Shown piece after piece: positions 50,874 to 61,551 of a stretch of DNA of 64,000 bases (position 1 is its first letter; each line of letters starts with the position of its first letter). The stretch comes from Chitinophagales bacterium (GTDB taxonomy: Bacteria; Bacteroidota; Bacteroidia; Chitinophagales; JAUHXS01): contig CBDBZN010000006.1 of NCBI GenBank assembly GCA_965213575.1, forward strand, positions 106,297 to 170,296, in the 5' to 3' direction. A program made the translations under genes and the position numbers. Below the pieces are notes generated by a model. The model saw only the letters and a program-made list of their open reading frames with translations. It was not told where the DNA came from and did not search any database.

Positions 50874-52850
50874 TTATTTAATGATCGATTGGAGCACTTC
50901 CTCATGAATTGTTACAGGATATTTTTGCCTTAAAGATGTTATCCATTGCTGCTCTAATTCATCCTGATAATCGGAAATCACATAGCCTCTAGCTTCATTT
51001 AATGTTTTATAAGTAGGCTCCATAACATTAATTGTTTTTACCACAGAATATGTTTTATCATCATTAACTATGACATTGCTTACAATACCCTTTTTCCATT
51101 CAGCTTTATCTACAGTAGCATTTTCTTCTTTTTCGTAAGTATCAGTCGTTGCAGTTACAGTTTCTTTTCTTTTATCTCCCACGCCATTTAACTCGTCCAG
51201 TACTTGATCAGTCGTTTTGCCTTTCTTCAACATTTTAGATACTTTTGCACAATCGTCTTTATCAGTACAGGTAAAAACGGTAGCCTCTGCTCTTTCTTTC
51301 CAAACAAAAGCATCTCGATGTTTATCAAAAAAATTGCGAAGGCCTACAGTATCTTTTACCGCTTTAGACCAAACATTTCGGTCAATCAATTCAAAAAGCA
51401 AAATCCCATCTCGATATTCTTCCATCAGCGTTTTAAATTCAGGATATTTTACTTCTAAACGGCTCTCTTCGAAATCAGAAATGGTTTGTTCTACATACGC
51501 TGTGTATAATTGGTCAACTATTTCATTCGTTGTTTTACCGGTAGTTGCTCTTTTAGATTGTTTTTTCTCGATGTATTGAGCAAAATCATTTTGTGTGTAT
51601 TTTTTATCCGATAAGATGAAAAGCGGTTTCTTCAATTTTTTGGGATTTTCTATTTTCCATTCACCTTTTAGTATAGATTCATCTATCTGCGCTTTTAACT
51701 TTTCTAAAGATTTAGGGTATTCTTTAAAGCTGTATTCTTTTTTAAGTTTTTCTAAATACTCTTTTTTAGTTATCTCCGAACGTGAATCTTTTTCTACTTT
51801 TCTTTTTAACCCTGCTTTCATATCCTCGAAAGACTGAGGCTCTTGCTTTTTTAGCCTTTGTACAATATGCCATCCGTATTTAGTTTTAAAAGGCTTAGAG
51901 TAAGCACCATCTTCTTTTAAAGAAAATGCAGCATCTTCAAATTCAGGAACCATTTTCCCTGTTTCAAACCAGGGCAATTCCCCACCTTTAGATACAGTTG
52001 CCCGGTCTTCAGAATATTGCTTAACTACTGTAGCGAAAGGCAAGCCATCTTCTAATTTTTCATAAGCTTTATTGATTTTTTCTTCGGCAGCTTCCTGTTG
52101 CTCTTTATCTGCATTTTCAGAAATATTCACAAAAATATGCGCTGCTTGCATTTTGCCTCGAGCAGGCCGTACATCCTCTACCATGACTAAATGATATCCA
52201 AATCTTGTCTTTACAGGATCCGAAACACTTCCAACCGGCGTATTGTAAGCAGCTGATTCAAATGGGTACACCATTTGCAAGGCAGTAAAATAACCCAAGT
52301 CCCCACCATTATTTACAGCAGAAGGATCATCTGACACCTCTTTTGCTACTTTAGAGAAATCTTCTCCTGCCTCGATTCTGGCTTTTATTTTTTTAGCTTT
52401 ACTTAATGCTTGATTCTGTTCTTCTTTAGAGACATTTTCCGGTGTTTTTACAAGAATATGTTTTGCGTGGACTTCCTTTTGCAGCCGGTCGTATGTTTCT
52501 TTTAAAATCTGATCTGTAATTTGACGGTCGATCAGATATGATTTTGCTAATTGATTTCTGTAAGTAGAAAACTCATCTTGAATAGCTTTCATAGTATCCA
52601 AATTCATATCTTTCGCTTGTTGGACTTTCAATTTGAATTTGATGTATAAGTCTAAGTAATCACGTACTGATTCTTCAGAAAAATCTCCATTAGAAGTTAC
52701 GTTATTTTTGGTATACACATTTACAAATTCAGATTTAGTTACTCTATGAGGCCCATATTCAAAAAGGGTCTCATTTTGAGCTAATGTGTTAAAAATTAAT
52801 CCTATAAAAAGAAAAAAGGTAACTGATATAACTTTGAGGTTATTAAACAT
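50874..52850 (-). CDS. PpiC/parvulin-type PPIase
   Basis: HILV, SDDPSA..NGGDLGYF, MVYPFE.AAY, T.FGYH. Confidence 0.9.
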   Translation of the reverse strand: MFNNLKVISVTFFLFIGLIFNTLAQNETLFEYGPHRVTKSEFVNVYTKNNVTSNGDFSEESVRDYLDLYIKFKLKVQQAKDMNLDTMKAIQDEFSTYRNQLAKSYLIDRQITDQILKETYDRLQKEVHAKHILVKTPENVSKEEQNQALSKAKKIKARIEAGEDFSKVAKEVSDDPSAVNNGGDLGYFTALQMVYPFESAAYNTPVGSVSDPVKTRFGYHLVMVEDVRPARGKMQAAHIFVNISENADKEQQEAAEEKINKAYEKLEDGLPFATVVKQYSEDRATVSKGGELPWFETGKMVPEFEDAAFSLKEDGAYSKPFKTKYGWHIVQRLKKQEPQSFEDMKAGLKRKVEKDSRSEITKKEYLEKLKKEYSFKEYPKSLEKLKAQIDESILKGEWKIENPKKLKKPLFILSDKKYTQNDFAQYIEKKQSKRATTGKTTNEIVDQLYTAYVEQTISDFEESRLEVKYPEFKTLMEEYRDGILLFELIDRNVWSKAVKDTVGLRNFFDKHRDAFVWKERAEATVFTCTDKDDCAKVSKMLKKGKTTDQVLDELNGVGDKRKETVTATTDTYEKEENATVDKAEWKKGIVSNVIVNDDKTYSVVKTINVMEPTYKTLNEARGYVISDYQDELEQQWITSLRQKYPVTIHEEVLQSIIK

Positions 52851-53005
52851 AATACTGGTAAATTTTTATTTTATTGATTCCGTATCTTCGTGATTCCTAC
52901 ATTATTTAAAATAAGGGAAGTAAAAATAAACTTTTTTACGCTATTTTTAAGCATCCGCCTGATTTTTAATCCTATGAAGTATTTAATGATCAATATAACC
53001 TGTGT

Positions 53006-53593
53006 ATGAAAAAGCTAATAGCCTATTTTTTTAAAGGACTATTATTAATTGCGCCTATATTCATAACCATCTATGTGATCTATACGATCATCTCTTGGAT
53101 GGATGATATCTTTAAAGATATTGTATTTTACATATTTGGATATTCTGTGCCAGGCCTGGGGTTAGTACTTATCGTATTATCCATAACGCTGATCGGCATT
53201 CTCAGCTCCACTTTTATCTTTAAGCCTATTTTTAAGTTGGCAGAAGCATTTATGATCAGAACACCCCTTATCAAGATCATTTATTCTGCTCTTAAAGATC
53301 TATTTTCTGCTTTTGTTAGTGATGAGAAAAAGTTTAACAAGCCTGTATTGGTTACTATAAACAAGGATTCGGGATTACAGAAGCTGGGATTTATCACTTT
53401 AGATAATTTAAATCCTTTAGGATTACCTGATAAGGTAGCCGTTTATTTGCCCCATTCTTATAACTTTTCAGGAAATTTATTTATTATCAAAAAAGAAAAT
53501 GTTGAATTACTAAATGGTTTGTCTGCCACCGATGCGATGAAATTTATTGTGTCGGGTGGTGTAACGGATATTGAGATCAAAAGATATTGCTGA
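53006..53593 (+). CDS. DUF502 membrane protein
   Basis: F.KGLL...PI.IT; P.IK.IYS..K; AVYLPHSYN.SG; IVSGG. Confidence 0.9.
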   Translation: MKKLIAYFFKGLLLIAPIFITIYVIYTIISWMDDIFKDIVFYIFGYSVPGLGLVLIVLSITLIGILSSTFIFKPIFKLAEAFMIRTPLIKIIYSALKDLFSAFVSDEKKFNKPVLVTINKDSGLQKLGFITLDNLNPLGLPDKVAVYLPHSYNFSGNLFIIKKENVELLNGLSATDAMKFIVSGGVTDIEIKRYC

Positions 53594-53800
53594 TTGCAGA
53601 TTAAAGCTTACCATTCCGGTCCGAGTGTTTCCATTGTCATTACTCTATGTTGAAAACCAAATATTTTTTTGAAAAATTATTTCATAACATAGACGGCTAA
53701 TCTAAACTTAAACAAATCACTTTACAATATTCTATTTCTCAATCGTATTAAATACAAAGATAATAAGCAGTATATTTGTATTGTAATCAATTAAAAACTT

Positions 53801-54130
53801 ATGAACGGCCAAGAGGAGAAAACATTTATGCAAATAAAAAATGAAGTGATTGAAGCTACTCAAACAGTCTTCGATCCTGAAGTTCCTGTCAACATCTATG
53901 AATTAGGCCTTATTTACGAAGTAAATGTAACACCTGCTAATGAAGTACATATTTTAATGACTTTAACTTCTCCTAATTGTCCGGCAGCTGCCAGCCTTCC
54001 TGAAGAAGTAGAAACTAAAGCAAAATCTATTGAAGGCGTAAAAGATGTTAAGTTGGAGCTTACCTTTGACCCGCCATGGACTCAAGATTTAATGTCAGAA
54101 GCTGCCAAATTAGAATTAGGGCTATTGTAA
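53801..54130 (+). CDS. DUF59/SufT-like Fe-S assembly protein
   Basis: DPEVPVNIYELGLIY, MTLTSPNCP, FDPPW. Confidence 0.93.
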   Translation: MNGQEEKTFMQIKNEVIEATQTVFDPEVPVNIYELGLIYEVNVTPANEVHILMTLTSPNCPAAASLPEEVETKAKSIEGVKDVKLELTFDPPWTQDLMSEAAKLELGLL

Positions 54131-54195
54131 ATATCTTTTTTGCTGGCCTGATACGCTACCAATGAGGCAATTTCATTCGTTGTCTTACGGTAGAA

Positions 54196-54212
54196 TTGGT
54201 ATAATATTTGCT
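54196..54212 (+). promoter_or_regulatory. Candidate sigma-54 promoter
   Basis: TTGGTATAATATTTGCT has GG-N10-GC spacing. Confidence 0.45.
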
Positions 54213-54295
54213 TCCTATGTACAGCAGGACAAAAAAGTTTGGTAACTTAGAGCGATCAAAGATGTTCATTATTTAGTTAAATTTCGATGCATTAA

Positions 54296-55300
54296 ATGAA
54301 GATTATTATACCAATGGCTGGTATGGGCAAAAGAATGAGGCCTCATACATTAACTATTCCCAAACCCTTATTACTTATTGCCGGCAAACCAATCGTTCAA
54401 AGACTGGTTGAAGATATTGCCAAAACTATTGATGATGATATTGAAGAAATTGCCTTCATTATTGGTGATTTTGGAAAAGAAGTAGAGGATAAGCTTCATG
54501 CTATAGCAGCAAATTTGAATACTAAAGCTTCGATATATTATCAAGAAGAAGCTTTAGGTACAGCACACGCTATCCTTTGTGCAAAAGATTCGTTAGAGGG
54601 AAATGTTGTAGTAGCATTTGCAGACACGCTGTTCAAAGCTGACTTTAAAATGGATGCTTCGAAAGATGGTATTATTTGGGTTCAAAAAATAGAAGATCCT
54701 TCTGCTTTTGGCGTGGTCAAAGTGGATGAAAATAATGTGATCACAGATTTTGTTGAAAAACCGGAGAAATTTGTATCAGACTTAGCTATCATAGGGATTT
54801 ATTATTTTAAAGATGGAGGTTATTTAAAAGATGAATTGCAATATTTGATTGATAATAATATTAAAGAAAAAGGTGAATTTCAGCTGACCAATGCGTTGGA
54901 AAATATGAAGCAAAAAGGAAGTGAATTTATTCCCGGAGCGGTTAAAGAATGGCTTGATTGTGGAAATAAAGACGCGACTGTTTTTACCAACCAGCGCGTG
55001 TTGGAGTTGAATAAAGAATCTAAGCTAATTGCAGAAAATGTAACTACTCAAAATGCTGTGATCATTGAGCCTTCATATATTGGTGAAGAAGTGATTTTAA
55101 TTAATTCTGTCATAGGGCCATATGCTTCAATAGGCAGTAATACTACAATTGAAAATTCCGTTATCAATAATAGCATCATTCAAGAAAGGTCAAAGATTCG
55201 AAACAAAATAATTGGAAACTCTATGATCGGTAGTTATACGGAACTCGATGGAACTATAGAGGATTTAAGCATAGGAGATTATAGTACTATTAATGACTAA
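54296..55300 (+). CDS. Sugar-phosphate nucleotidyltransferase
   Basis: IPMAG.GKRMRPHT...PKPL, EKP, WLDCG; hexapeptide-like C-terminus. Confidence 0.92.
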   Translation: MKIIIPMAGMGKRMRPHTLTIPKPLLLIAGKPIVQRLVEDIAKTIDDDIEEIAFIIGDFGKEVEDKLHAIAANLNTKASIYYQEEALGTAHAILCAKDSLEGNVVVAFADTLFKADFKMDASKDGIIWVQKIEDPSAFGVVKVDENNVITDFVEKPEKFVSDLAIIGIYYFKDGGYLKDELQYLIDNNIKEKGEFQLTNALENMKQKGSEFIPGAVKEWLDCGNKDATVFTNQRVLELNKESKLIAENVTTQNAVIIEPSYIGEEVILINSVIGPYASIGSNTTIENSVINNSIIQERSKIRNKIIGNSMIGSYTELDGTIEDLSIGDYSTIND

Positions 55301-57038
55301 CTATAAATTTATATTATTTGCTTTTTCTCTGCTTTTAATCTTTGAAGCATGCAGCAGTTCAAAAAATACTATAACAAACGCTGATGCTAAAGTAAATGAA
55401 CTGGATAAAGCTACCGAGCTACGTAATGAAAGTGCTTTTATTAATGCTATGAAAGCAAAAGTAACCGGAAATTTTCAAGAAGCCGCTACTCTTTTTAATC
55501 AATGTATTAATCAAAATGGTGCTAATCATGCTGCCATGTATGAGCTCAGCAAACTCTACTTAGAGTCAGGGCAAAATATATCTGCACTGATATTTGCACA
55601 AGGAGCTGCTAAATTGAATCCGAATAATAAGTGGTATCTAAAAAATTATGCGGAGGCACTGGCTGCTAACGGTAAATTTAAAGATGCAGCAAAAGTATAT
55701 GAATCATTAAGTAATAATAATAAAGCAGATTATGATCATTTTTTAGATTGGGCTTATATGCTGGAGCAAGCAGGCGAATATGAAGAAGCTACGGAAGTAT
55801 ATGATAAAATAGAAAAAAAAATGGGGGTCTCGGAACAACTTTCTTTTCAAAAACAAAAGCTTTATCTAAAGGAAGGTAAAATTGATGAGGCAGCAAAAGA
55901 AATTCAAAAGCTTATCAGTAGAAATCCTACAGATGCCCGGTACTATGGCCTATTAGCTGAATTATACGATGCTAATGACATGGAAGAAGAAGCACATAAA
56001 ATTTATGAAAAGATAGCTACATTAAACATTGAAAATCCTGAGGTACACCTTATTCTAGCAGATTATTATTATAAAACAGGCAATACCGATAAATATCTTT
56101 CATCGTTAAAAAAAGTAATCGGAGATCCTACTTTAGATATTGACCTAAAAGTTCAAATGCTCTATCCTTACATACAAAAAACTATCGAAGGGAAAGATTC
56201 TATTGCCATTGACCATGGTTTAAAATTGGGGGCATTACTTACCGAAACGCATCCAAAAGAAGCAAAAGCCTATGCTTTATATGGAGATTTGCTTTATCAA
56301 AATAAGCAGTCGGAAGAAGCACTGATACAATATAAAAAAGCCACACAAACCGATAATGTAAATTTTACTGTTTGGCAACAAATTCTTTTTATAGATTCTG
56401 AACTTGGCCAAAATGACTCTTTATTAAAACACAGTGAGCAGGTTATAGAGTTGTACCCTAATCAGGTGATGGCGCATTATTTTAACGGTGTGGCCCGTAT
56501 GCTTAACAAAGATTATCAAGGAGCCCTTGCACCGGTTAAGAAAGCCTTAGAAATTGGCTCTGAAAGCAATCCGTTACTAAGTCAATTATATTCTACTTTA
56601 GGGGAGATTTATCATAACTTGGATGATCATAACGCTTCTGATAGTAGCTTTGAAAAAGCTATAGCATTTTCTCCTGACAATGCATTAGTTTTAAATAATT
56701 ACAGCTATTATTTATCTGAAAGGGGAGATAAGTTAGATCAAGCTAAACGCATGTCTAAAAAATCTATTGAGTTACAACCCGACAATTCTTCTTATTTAGA
56801 TACTTATGGATGGATTTTATATAAACAAGGTAGTTATAAAGAAGCTCGGAAATGGATAGAAGAAGCTTTAGAAAAGAGTGATAGCGATAAGGCGGTAATA
56901 CATGACCATTATGGAGATGTGTTGTTTAAATTGGGAGAAGAAGAAAAAGCACTAATCCAATGGGAGCAAGCAAAAAAAGAAGGATTAGAATCAGATGTTA
57001 TTGATAAAAAAATTGCCGATAAGAAATTATATGAATAA
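55293..57038 (+). CDS. TPR lipoprotein
   Basis: Lipobox FEAC; TPRs incl. LNNYSYYL, YLDTYGWILY. Confidence 0.9.
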   Translation: MTNYKFILFAFSLLLIFEACSSSKNTITNADAKVNELDKATELRNESAFINAMKAKVTGNFQEAATLFNQCINQNGANHAAMYELSKLYLESGQNISALIFAQGAAKLNPNNKWYLKNYAEALAANGKFKDAAKVYESLSNNNKADYDHFLDWAYMLEQAGEYEEATEVYDKIEKKMGVSEQLSFQKQKLYLKEGKIDEAAKEIQKLISRNPTDARYYGLLAELYDANDMEEEAHKIYEKIATLNIENPEVHLILADYYYKTGNTDKYLSSLKKVIGDPTLDIDLKVQMLYPYIQKTIEGKDSIAIDHGLKLGALLTETHPKEAKAYALYGDLLYQNKQSEEALIQYKKATQTDNVNFTVWQQILFIDSELGQNDSLLKHSEQVIELYPNQVMAHYFNGVARMLNKDYQGALAPVKKALEIGSESNPLLSQLYSTLGEIYHNLDDHNASDSSFEKAIAFSPDNALVLNNYSYYLSERGDKLDQAKRMSKKSIELQPDNSSYLDTYGWILYKQGSYKEARKWIEEALEKSDSDKAVIHDHYGDVLFKLGEEEKALIQWEQAKKEGLESDVIDKKIADKKLYE

Positions 57039-57789
57039 ACTTTTTTTCATTATTCCTTTGTGCAGCTTCTTAATATGGGGTTGTAAATCTACCAAGCAAA
57101 CTAAACAAAAAGCAGATCAATTATCTGTGGCGGATTTTAATAAAAAGCTTTTGCCCTCACAATTTCAATTCGAGAGTTTTTCAGCTAAAGCAAAAATTAA
57201 TTATGTTTCCGGGACGACTAATCAAACATTTAATGCCAGCTTCAGGATAAGAAAAGACAGTGCTATATGGGCTTCTTTATCATTATTTGGCATTGAAGGT
57301 GCAAGAGCACTTATTACCAAAGATTCTGTCAAAATTATAGACCGGCTCAATAAAACCTACATAGCAAAAGATTTTAAATATATTGAATCAAAACTAGGCT
57401 TACCGTCTGCCAATTTTGAAACATTACAAAAATTACTGGTAGGCAATCTTGTTTTTTATGATCCTAGTAAAGTGACGTTAGCTATCGACTCAGGTGCTTA
57501 TATAGCCATCTCTACTTATGAAAATTATCAAAATACTCTAAAAGTTAACCCTACCGATTTTGCTGTAGTTAGTTCATTCATTGAAGATTTAATTTATAAT
57601 CAAAAAATCAATATCTTATATCAAAATTATAATCCGGTCGGCAACCAAAGTTTTCCATTTTATCATTTTATTACTGTAGAAAAAGGGATCTTTTCTTCCA
57701 GCCTAGCGATAGATTATTCCAAAGTAGACATTAATGAACCTTTATCATTCCCATTTAATGTGTCAGATAAATATGAGATTATGCGTTAA
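57031..57789 (+). CDS. DUF4292 lipoprotein
   Basis: Lipobox IWGC; RI.KDS.IW.S...GIE.AR.LIT.DS. Confidence 0.85.
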   Translation: MNKLFFIIPLCSFLIWGCKSTKQTKQKADQLSVADFNKKLLPSQFQFESFSAKAKINYVSGTTNQTFNASFRIRKDSAIWASLSLFGIEGARALITKDSVKIIDRLNKTYIAKDFKYIESKLGLPSANFETLQKLLVGNLVFYDPSKVTLAIDSGAYIAISTYENYQNTLKVNPTDFAVVSSFIEDLIYNQKINILYQNYNPVGNQSFPFYHFITVEKGIFSSSLAIDYSKVDINEPLSFPFNVSDKYEIMR

Positions 57790-58981
57790 GCTTATTTTAT
57801 TATTTATTATTCTACTGCTTTCTATTTCAAATCTTCATGCTCAATCCAGAGCTCAGTTAGAAGCAAAAAAAAATAAAATACTTAAAGAAATTGAGCTTAC
57901 TTCTCAGTTGCTAAACGAGACAAAAAAAACAAAGTCTTCTTCTCTCAGCGCACTTAAAACACTGGAAAATCAAATTGCAGCTAGAAATAAGCTAATTAAT
58001 AATATCTCTCAGCAAATAAATATGCTCAATGAGAACATCAGCCGTACAGACGATGTAATTAATGCAATGGAGGAAGATCTGAAATTGTTAAAAGAGAATT
58101 ATGCTAAAATGATTTATTATGCTTATAAAACTAATAGTTCTTACAATCGACTATTATTTATTTTTTCTGCCGGTAGTTTTAATGATATGTATAAACGAGT
58201 AAATTTTTTAAAAAGATATTCGGCCCATCGAAAAAAACAATTAGAGATCATTGAACATACGAAAGCAGCTTTAAATAATAGATTAGAAGACTTAGAAGCG
58301 CAAAAAATACAAAAACAAAATTTATTAAGTACAGAAACACAACAAAAAAATACGCTTCATAAAGAAAAAGAAAAGAAAAACAGCTTAGTTCAATCACTTA
58401 AAAAGAAAGAAAAAGAATTGTTAGCGGATATTCAAAAGAAAAAACGAGACGCTGATAAGTTAAATAAAGCTATTGAAGACATTATCAAAAAAGAAATAGA
58501 ACTGGCTAAAAAGAAAGCTGCTGAAAGTAATTCTGCTATGAAATTAACTCCCGAGGCAGCAAAATTATCTCAGGATTTTGCAACTAATAAAGGCGCTCTT
58601 CCTTGGCCGGTTGAGAGAGGTGTGATTACCGGTACTTTTGGGGAGCACCCTCATCCAATATTAAAATCAGTAAAGGTCAAAAATAACGGGATTGACATTA
58701 AATCACCAAAAGGCTCTATAGCCAAGTCAATATTTGCGGGGCAAGTAGTAAATATTGTATACAATCCCGGATTTAATAATGCGGTCATCATAAAGCATGG
58801 AGAATATTTTACGGTGTATTCTAATATTGGTAAAACATTTGTAAAAGCAGGCGATGAAGTATTACCTAAACAAGAGTTAGGTGTCATTTTTACGGACGAT
58901 GCCGAAGGGCTTACTCAAATTCATCTGGAAATATGGAAAGGTACTTCTAAATTAGATCCGGCACTTTGGATAGCAAACTGA
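57773..58981 (+). CDS. envC: Murein hydrolase activator EnvC family (coiled coil plus degenerate M23)
   Basis: Long coiled coil; KG.LPWPV, NNGIDI, HG.YFTVY.N. Confidence 0.85.
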   Translation: MRLCVKLILLFIILLLSISNLHAQSRAQLEAKKNKILKEIELTSQLLNETKKTKSSSLSALKTLENQIAARNKLINNISQQINMLNENISRTDDVINAMEEDLKLLKENYAKMIYYAYKTNSSYNRLLFIFSAGSFNDMYKRVNFLKRYSAHRKKQLEIIEHTKAALNNRLEDLEAQKIQKQNLLSTETQQKNTLHKEKEKKNSLVQSLKKKEKELLADIQKKKRDADKLNKAIEDIIKKEIELAKKKAAESNSAMKLTPEAAKLSQDFATNKGALPWPVERGVITGTFGEHPHPILKSVKVKNNGIDIKSPKGSIAKSIFAGQVVNIVYNPGFNNAVIIKHGEYFTVYSNIGKTFVKAGDEVLPKQELGVIFTDDAEGLTQIHLEIWKGTSKLDPALWIAN

Positions 58982-59046
58982 TAAAGGGTTAAGCATCTGG
59001 AGCAGCAAATCTTTTAATAATTAATGAATATAACATTAGTTATGTT

Positions 59047-60963
59047 TTAAAAATTCATACGTTGTATTCTCACAGCGTTAAATATTGCCAAAAGAGCCAC
59101 CCCTACATCTGCAAAAACCGCTTCCCACATAGTTGCCAGGCCACCGGCTCCTAAAGCCAGTACAATCAATTTCACTCCAAAAGCCAGCCCGATATTTTGC
59201 CATACAATTCGCTTTGTTGCCTTACCTATTTTGATAGCGGTTGCGATTTTAGATGGATGGTCAGTCTGAATTACTACATCAGCCGTTTCAATGGCTGCAT
59301 CACTTCCCAATCCTCCCATAGCCATTCCCACATCGGCAACAGTAATAACGGGAGCATCATTTACGCCATCGCCAATAAAAGCGACCAAACAGCCTTCGCT
59401 TTTCAGTCGTTCTACTGCTTTCACTTTGTCTTCCGGCAATAATCCTCCAAAGGCTTTATCTAACCCCAGTTGACCAGCAATTTTATCCACCACTGCCTGC
59501 TTATCACCCGAAAGCATAATTACCTCTTTTATGTTGGCTTGATGCAGGGCTTTTATAGCTGATTCCGCATCCTCTTTTAGGGTGTCAGCAATAGTAATGT
59601 GTCCGACATATTTACCATCAACGGCAACCAAGACCATGGTGTCGGTCAGGTTGTTGAGTTGTTTGTCGAATGGTATATTAAAGTTTTCAAGCAGTTTTCC
59701 ATTTCCAGCAAGTACGTCCGCCTGACTTATTTTCCCTTTTAGCCCATGCCCGGATATTTCTTCAACCTCTGTAACTGAAACTTCTTTGTAGGCTTCTCCC
59801 GCATATTCGACGATAGCCTGTGCAATGGGATGAGTGGAGTTGGCCTCCAACGCTGCCACCATTTTTATAAAATCCTTTTTATCAAATTCTGCTGAAACCA
59901 CCTTTTGTACTTCAAAGATTCCTTTGGTGAGGGTTCCGGTTTTGTCCATCACAACGGTATCTACTTTGGTTACTTGATCAAGGTAATTGGAACCTTTAAA
60001 GAGGATGCCGTTTTTAGATGCTGCACCAATACCACCAAAATATCCGAGCGGAATGGACACGACCAATGCACACGGACAGGATATAACCAAAAAGACGAGT
60101 GCCCGGTACAGCCAGTCGTTGAAGACATAAGTATCTGTAAAAAAGTAAGGCAGAAAAGTCAATGCTACTGCAAGAAACACCACAATGGGCGTATAGACTT
60201 TGGCAAAACGGGTAATGAATCGTTGCGTTTTGGCTTTTCTGGCAGTAGCATCCTGTACGAGTTTAAGAATTTTAGAGAGCTTGGTGTCTTCGTATTTACT
60301 GGTAACTTTTATCTTTGCCAACGTATTCAAGTTAACCATACCAGCCAACACAGTATCGCCTTTTTTCTTGTCATCGGGTACGGATTCACCAGTAAGGGCT
60401 GCGGTATTAAACGCTGCGTGTTCGGTAAGCAGGTCACCATCCAATGCAACTTTTTCACCGGGTTTAATCTGTATAACCTGCCCGATTTTAATATCTTTTG
60501 GATGCCTTACCGCTGTTTTTCCATTGTCAATAACAGTAACTTCTTCTACCTGTAATTTCAGCAAGGATTCAATGGAACGTTTTGCCCTGTTCACAGCTGC
60601 TTCCTGAAAGAGTTCACCAACCGTGTAGAACAGCATTACCGCTACACCTTCGGCATATTCGCCAATGGCAAATGCACCGATGGTGGCCAAGCTCATCAGG
60701 AAAAACTCATTGAACAGGTCGGCTGTAAACAGTTTTTTCAGTGCTTTCCAAACAACAGCTTTTCCAACGACATAGTAGGCAATGCCATACACCAGCAACT
60801 GTAATTCCTGTTTGAAGATGTCCGGCCTCACCTGCTCGAGAACGATACCAGTTACCAACAATACAAAACTGAACACTGCCGGGAAATAAGGACGGTATTT
60901 GGCGAACCAAGAATTTTTATCCGGTTCGTTACTCGATGCTTCGTTACAACAACTTTTACTCAT
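59047..60963 (-). CDS. Heavy-metal (Zn/Cd/Pb-type) P1B ATPase
   Basis: LTGES, SCPCAL, DKTGTLT, HP, GDGVNDAP; N-terminal CC. Confidence 0.95.
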   Translation of the reverse strand: MSKSCCNEASSNEPDKNSWFAKYRPYFPAVFSFVLLVTGIVLEQVRPDIFKQELQLLVYGIAYYVVGKAVVWKALKKLFTADLFNEFFLMSLATIGAFAIGEYAEGVAVMLFYTVGELFQEAAVNRAKRSIESLLKLQVEEVTVIDNGKTAVRHPKDIKIGQVIQIKPGEKVALDGDLLTEHAAFNTAALTGESVPDDKKKGDTVLAGMVNLNTLAKIKVTSKYEDTKLSKILKLVQDATARKAKTQRFITRFAKVYTPIVVFLAVALTFLPYFFTDTYVFNDWLYRALVFLVISCPCALVVSIPLGYFGGIGAASKNGILFKGSNYLDQVTKVDTVVMDKTGTLTKGIFEVQKVVSAEFDKKDFIKMVAALEANSTHPIAQAIVEYAGEAYKEVSVTEVEEISGHGLKGKISQADVLAGNGKLLENFNIPFDKQLNNLTDTMVLVAVDGKYVGHITIADTLKEDAESAIKALHQANIKEVIMLSGDKQAVVDKIAGQLGLDKAFGGLLPEDKVKAVERLKSEGCLVAFIGDGVNDAPVITVADVGMAMGGLGSDAAIETADVVIQTDHPSKIATAIKIGKATKRIVWQNIGLAFGVKLIVLALGAGGLATMWEAVFADVGVALLAIFNAVRIQRMNF

Positions 60964-60969
60964 ACTATT

Positions 60970-61272
60970 TTAATGTCTAAAGAAATACGATAATAACCCT
61001 AATGCGATCAGCACTATTCCGGTTATCTTTTTTTCATGGTGTTCCAGAAAATGCCATTTGAATTTTTCAATGCGCTTACTGGCAAGGCTAACAAGCAAGA
61101 TACTTCCGACAACGGTAACTACCAAATAAACTACTGACAATAATCTGATAGCCCACCGCCCATGCGTTCCGGCAGTAAAGTAGTAAACTTCTATTTCCAG
61201 ACAGGGAGAAAAGAATATGCTCAATGCCAGGGTAATAGTAATGGCTGAGATAACAGAAATAAGCGCCTTTGT
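60970..61272 (-). pseudogene. 5'-truncated membrane protein fragment (metal-transporter-like)
   Basis: Open frame without ATG: ...ITLALSIFFSPCLEIE...HFLEHHEK.ITG; looks like only the last ~3 TM helices. Confidence 0.6.
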
Positions 61273-61377
61273 TTAACTCCTAGCCCTAGAATCACGATGA
61301 TAATGCAAAGGAAATTGTTTAAAAAAGGGGAATGCCTTTATATATATTTGTAAAGTGCTGCTTTATAAATATATATG

Positions 61378-61451
61378 TGGGCCCAGCAGGACTTGAACCT
61401 GCGACCAATGGATTATGAGTCCACTGCTCTAACCAACTGAGCTATGGGCCC
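61378..61451 (-). tRNA. tRNA with CAT anticodon, probably Ile2 (lysidine); CCA not encoded
   Basis: GGGCCCATAGCTCAGTTGGTTAGAGCAGTGGACTCATAATCCATTGGTCGCAGGTTCAAGTCCTGCTGGGCCCA. Confidence 0.93.
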
Positions 61452-61551
61452 GAGTGACTGAGAGCGTCTATATTTAAAGCGCACACAAATCAACTGGGCA
61501 AATTTATATAATTCTTTACAAAAATCGGTATAAATTTGTGGGATATACGCT

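Noticed and set aside
58985-59040. Possible att duplicate of the tRNA 3' end (CTGGAGCAGCA)
   Set aside because: Match to TGGGCCCAGCAGG is too short and degenerate
59905-60607. Long plus-strand ORFs (216 and 135 aa)
   Set aside because: Antisense to the ATPase, with no recognisable motifs
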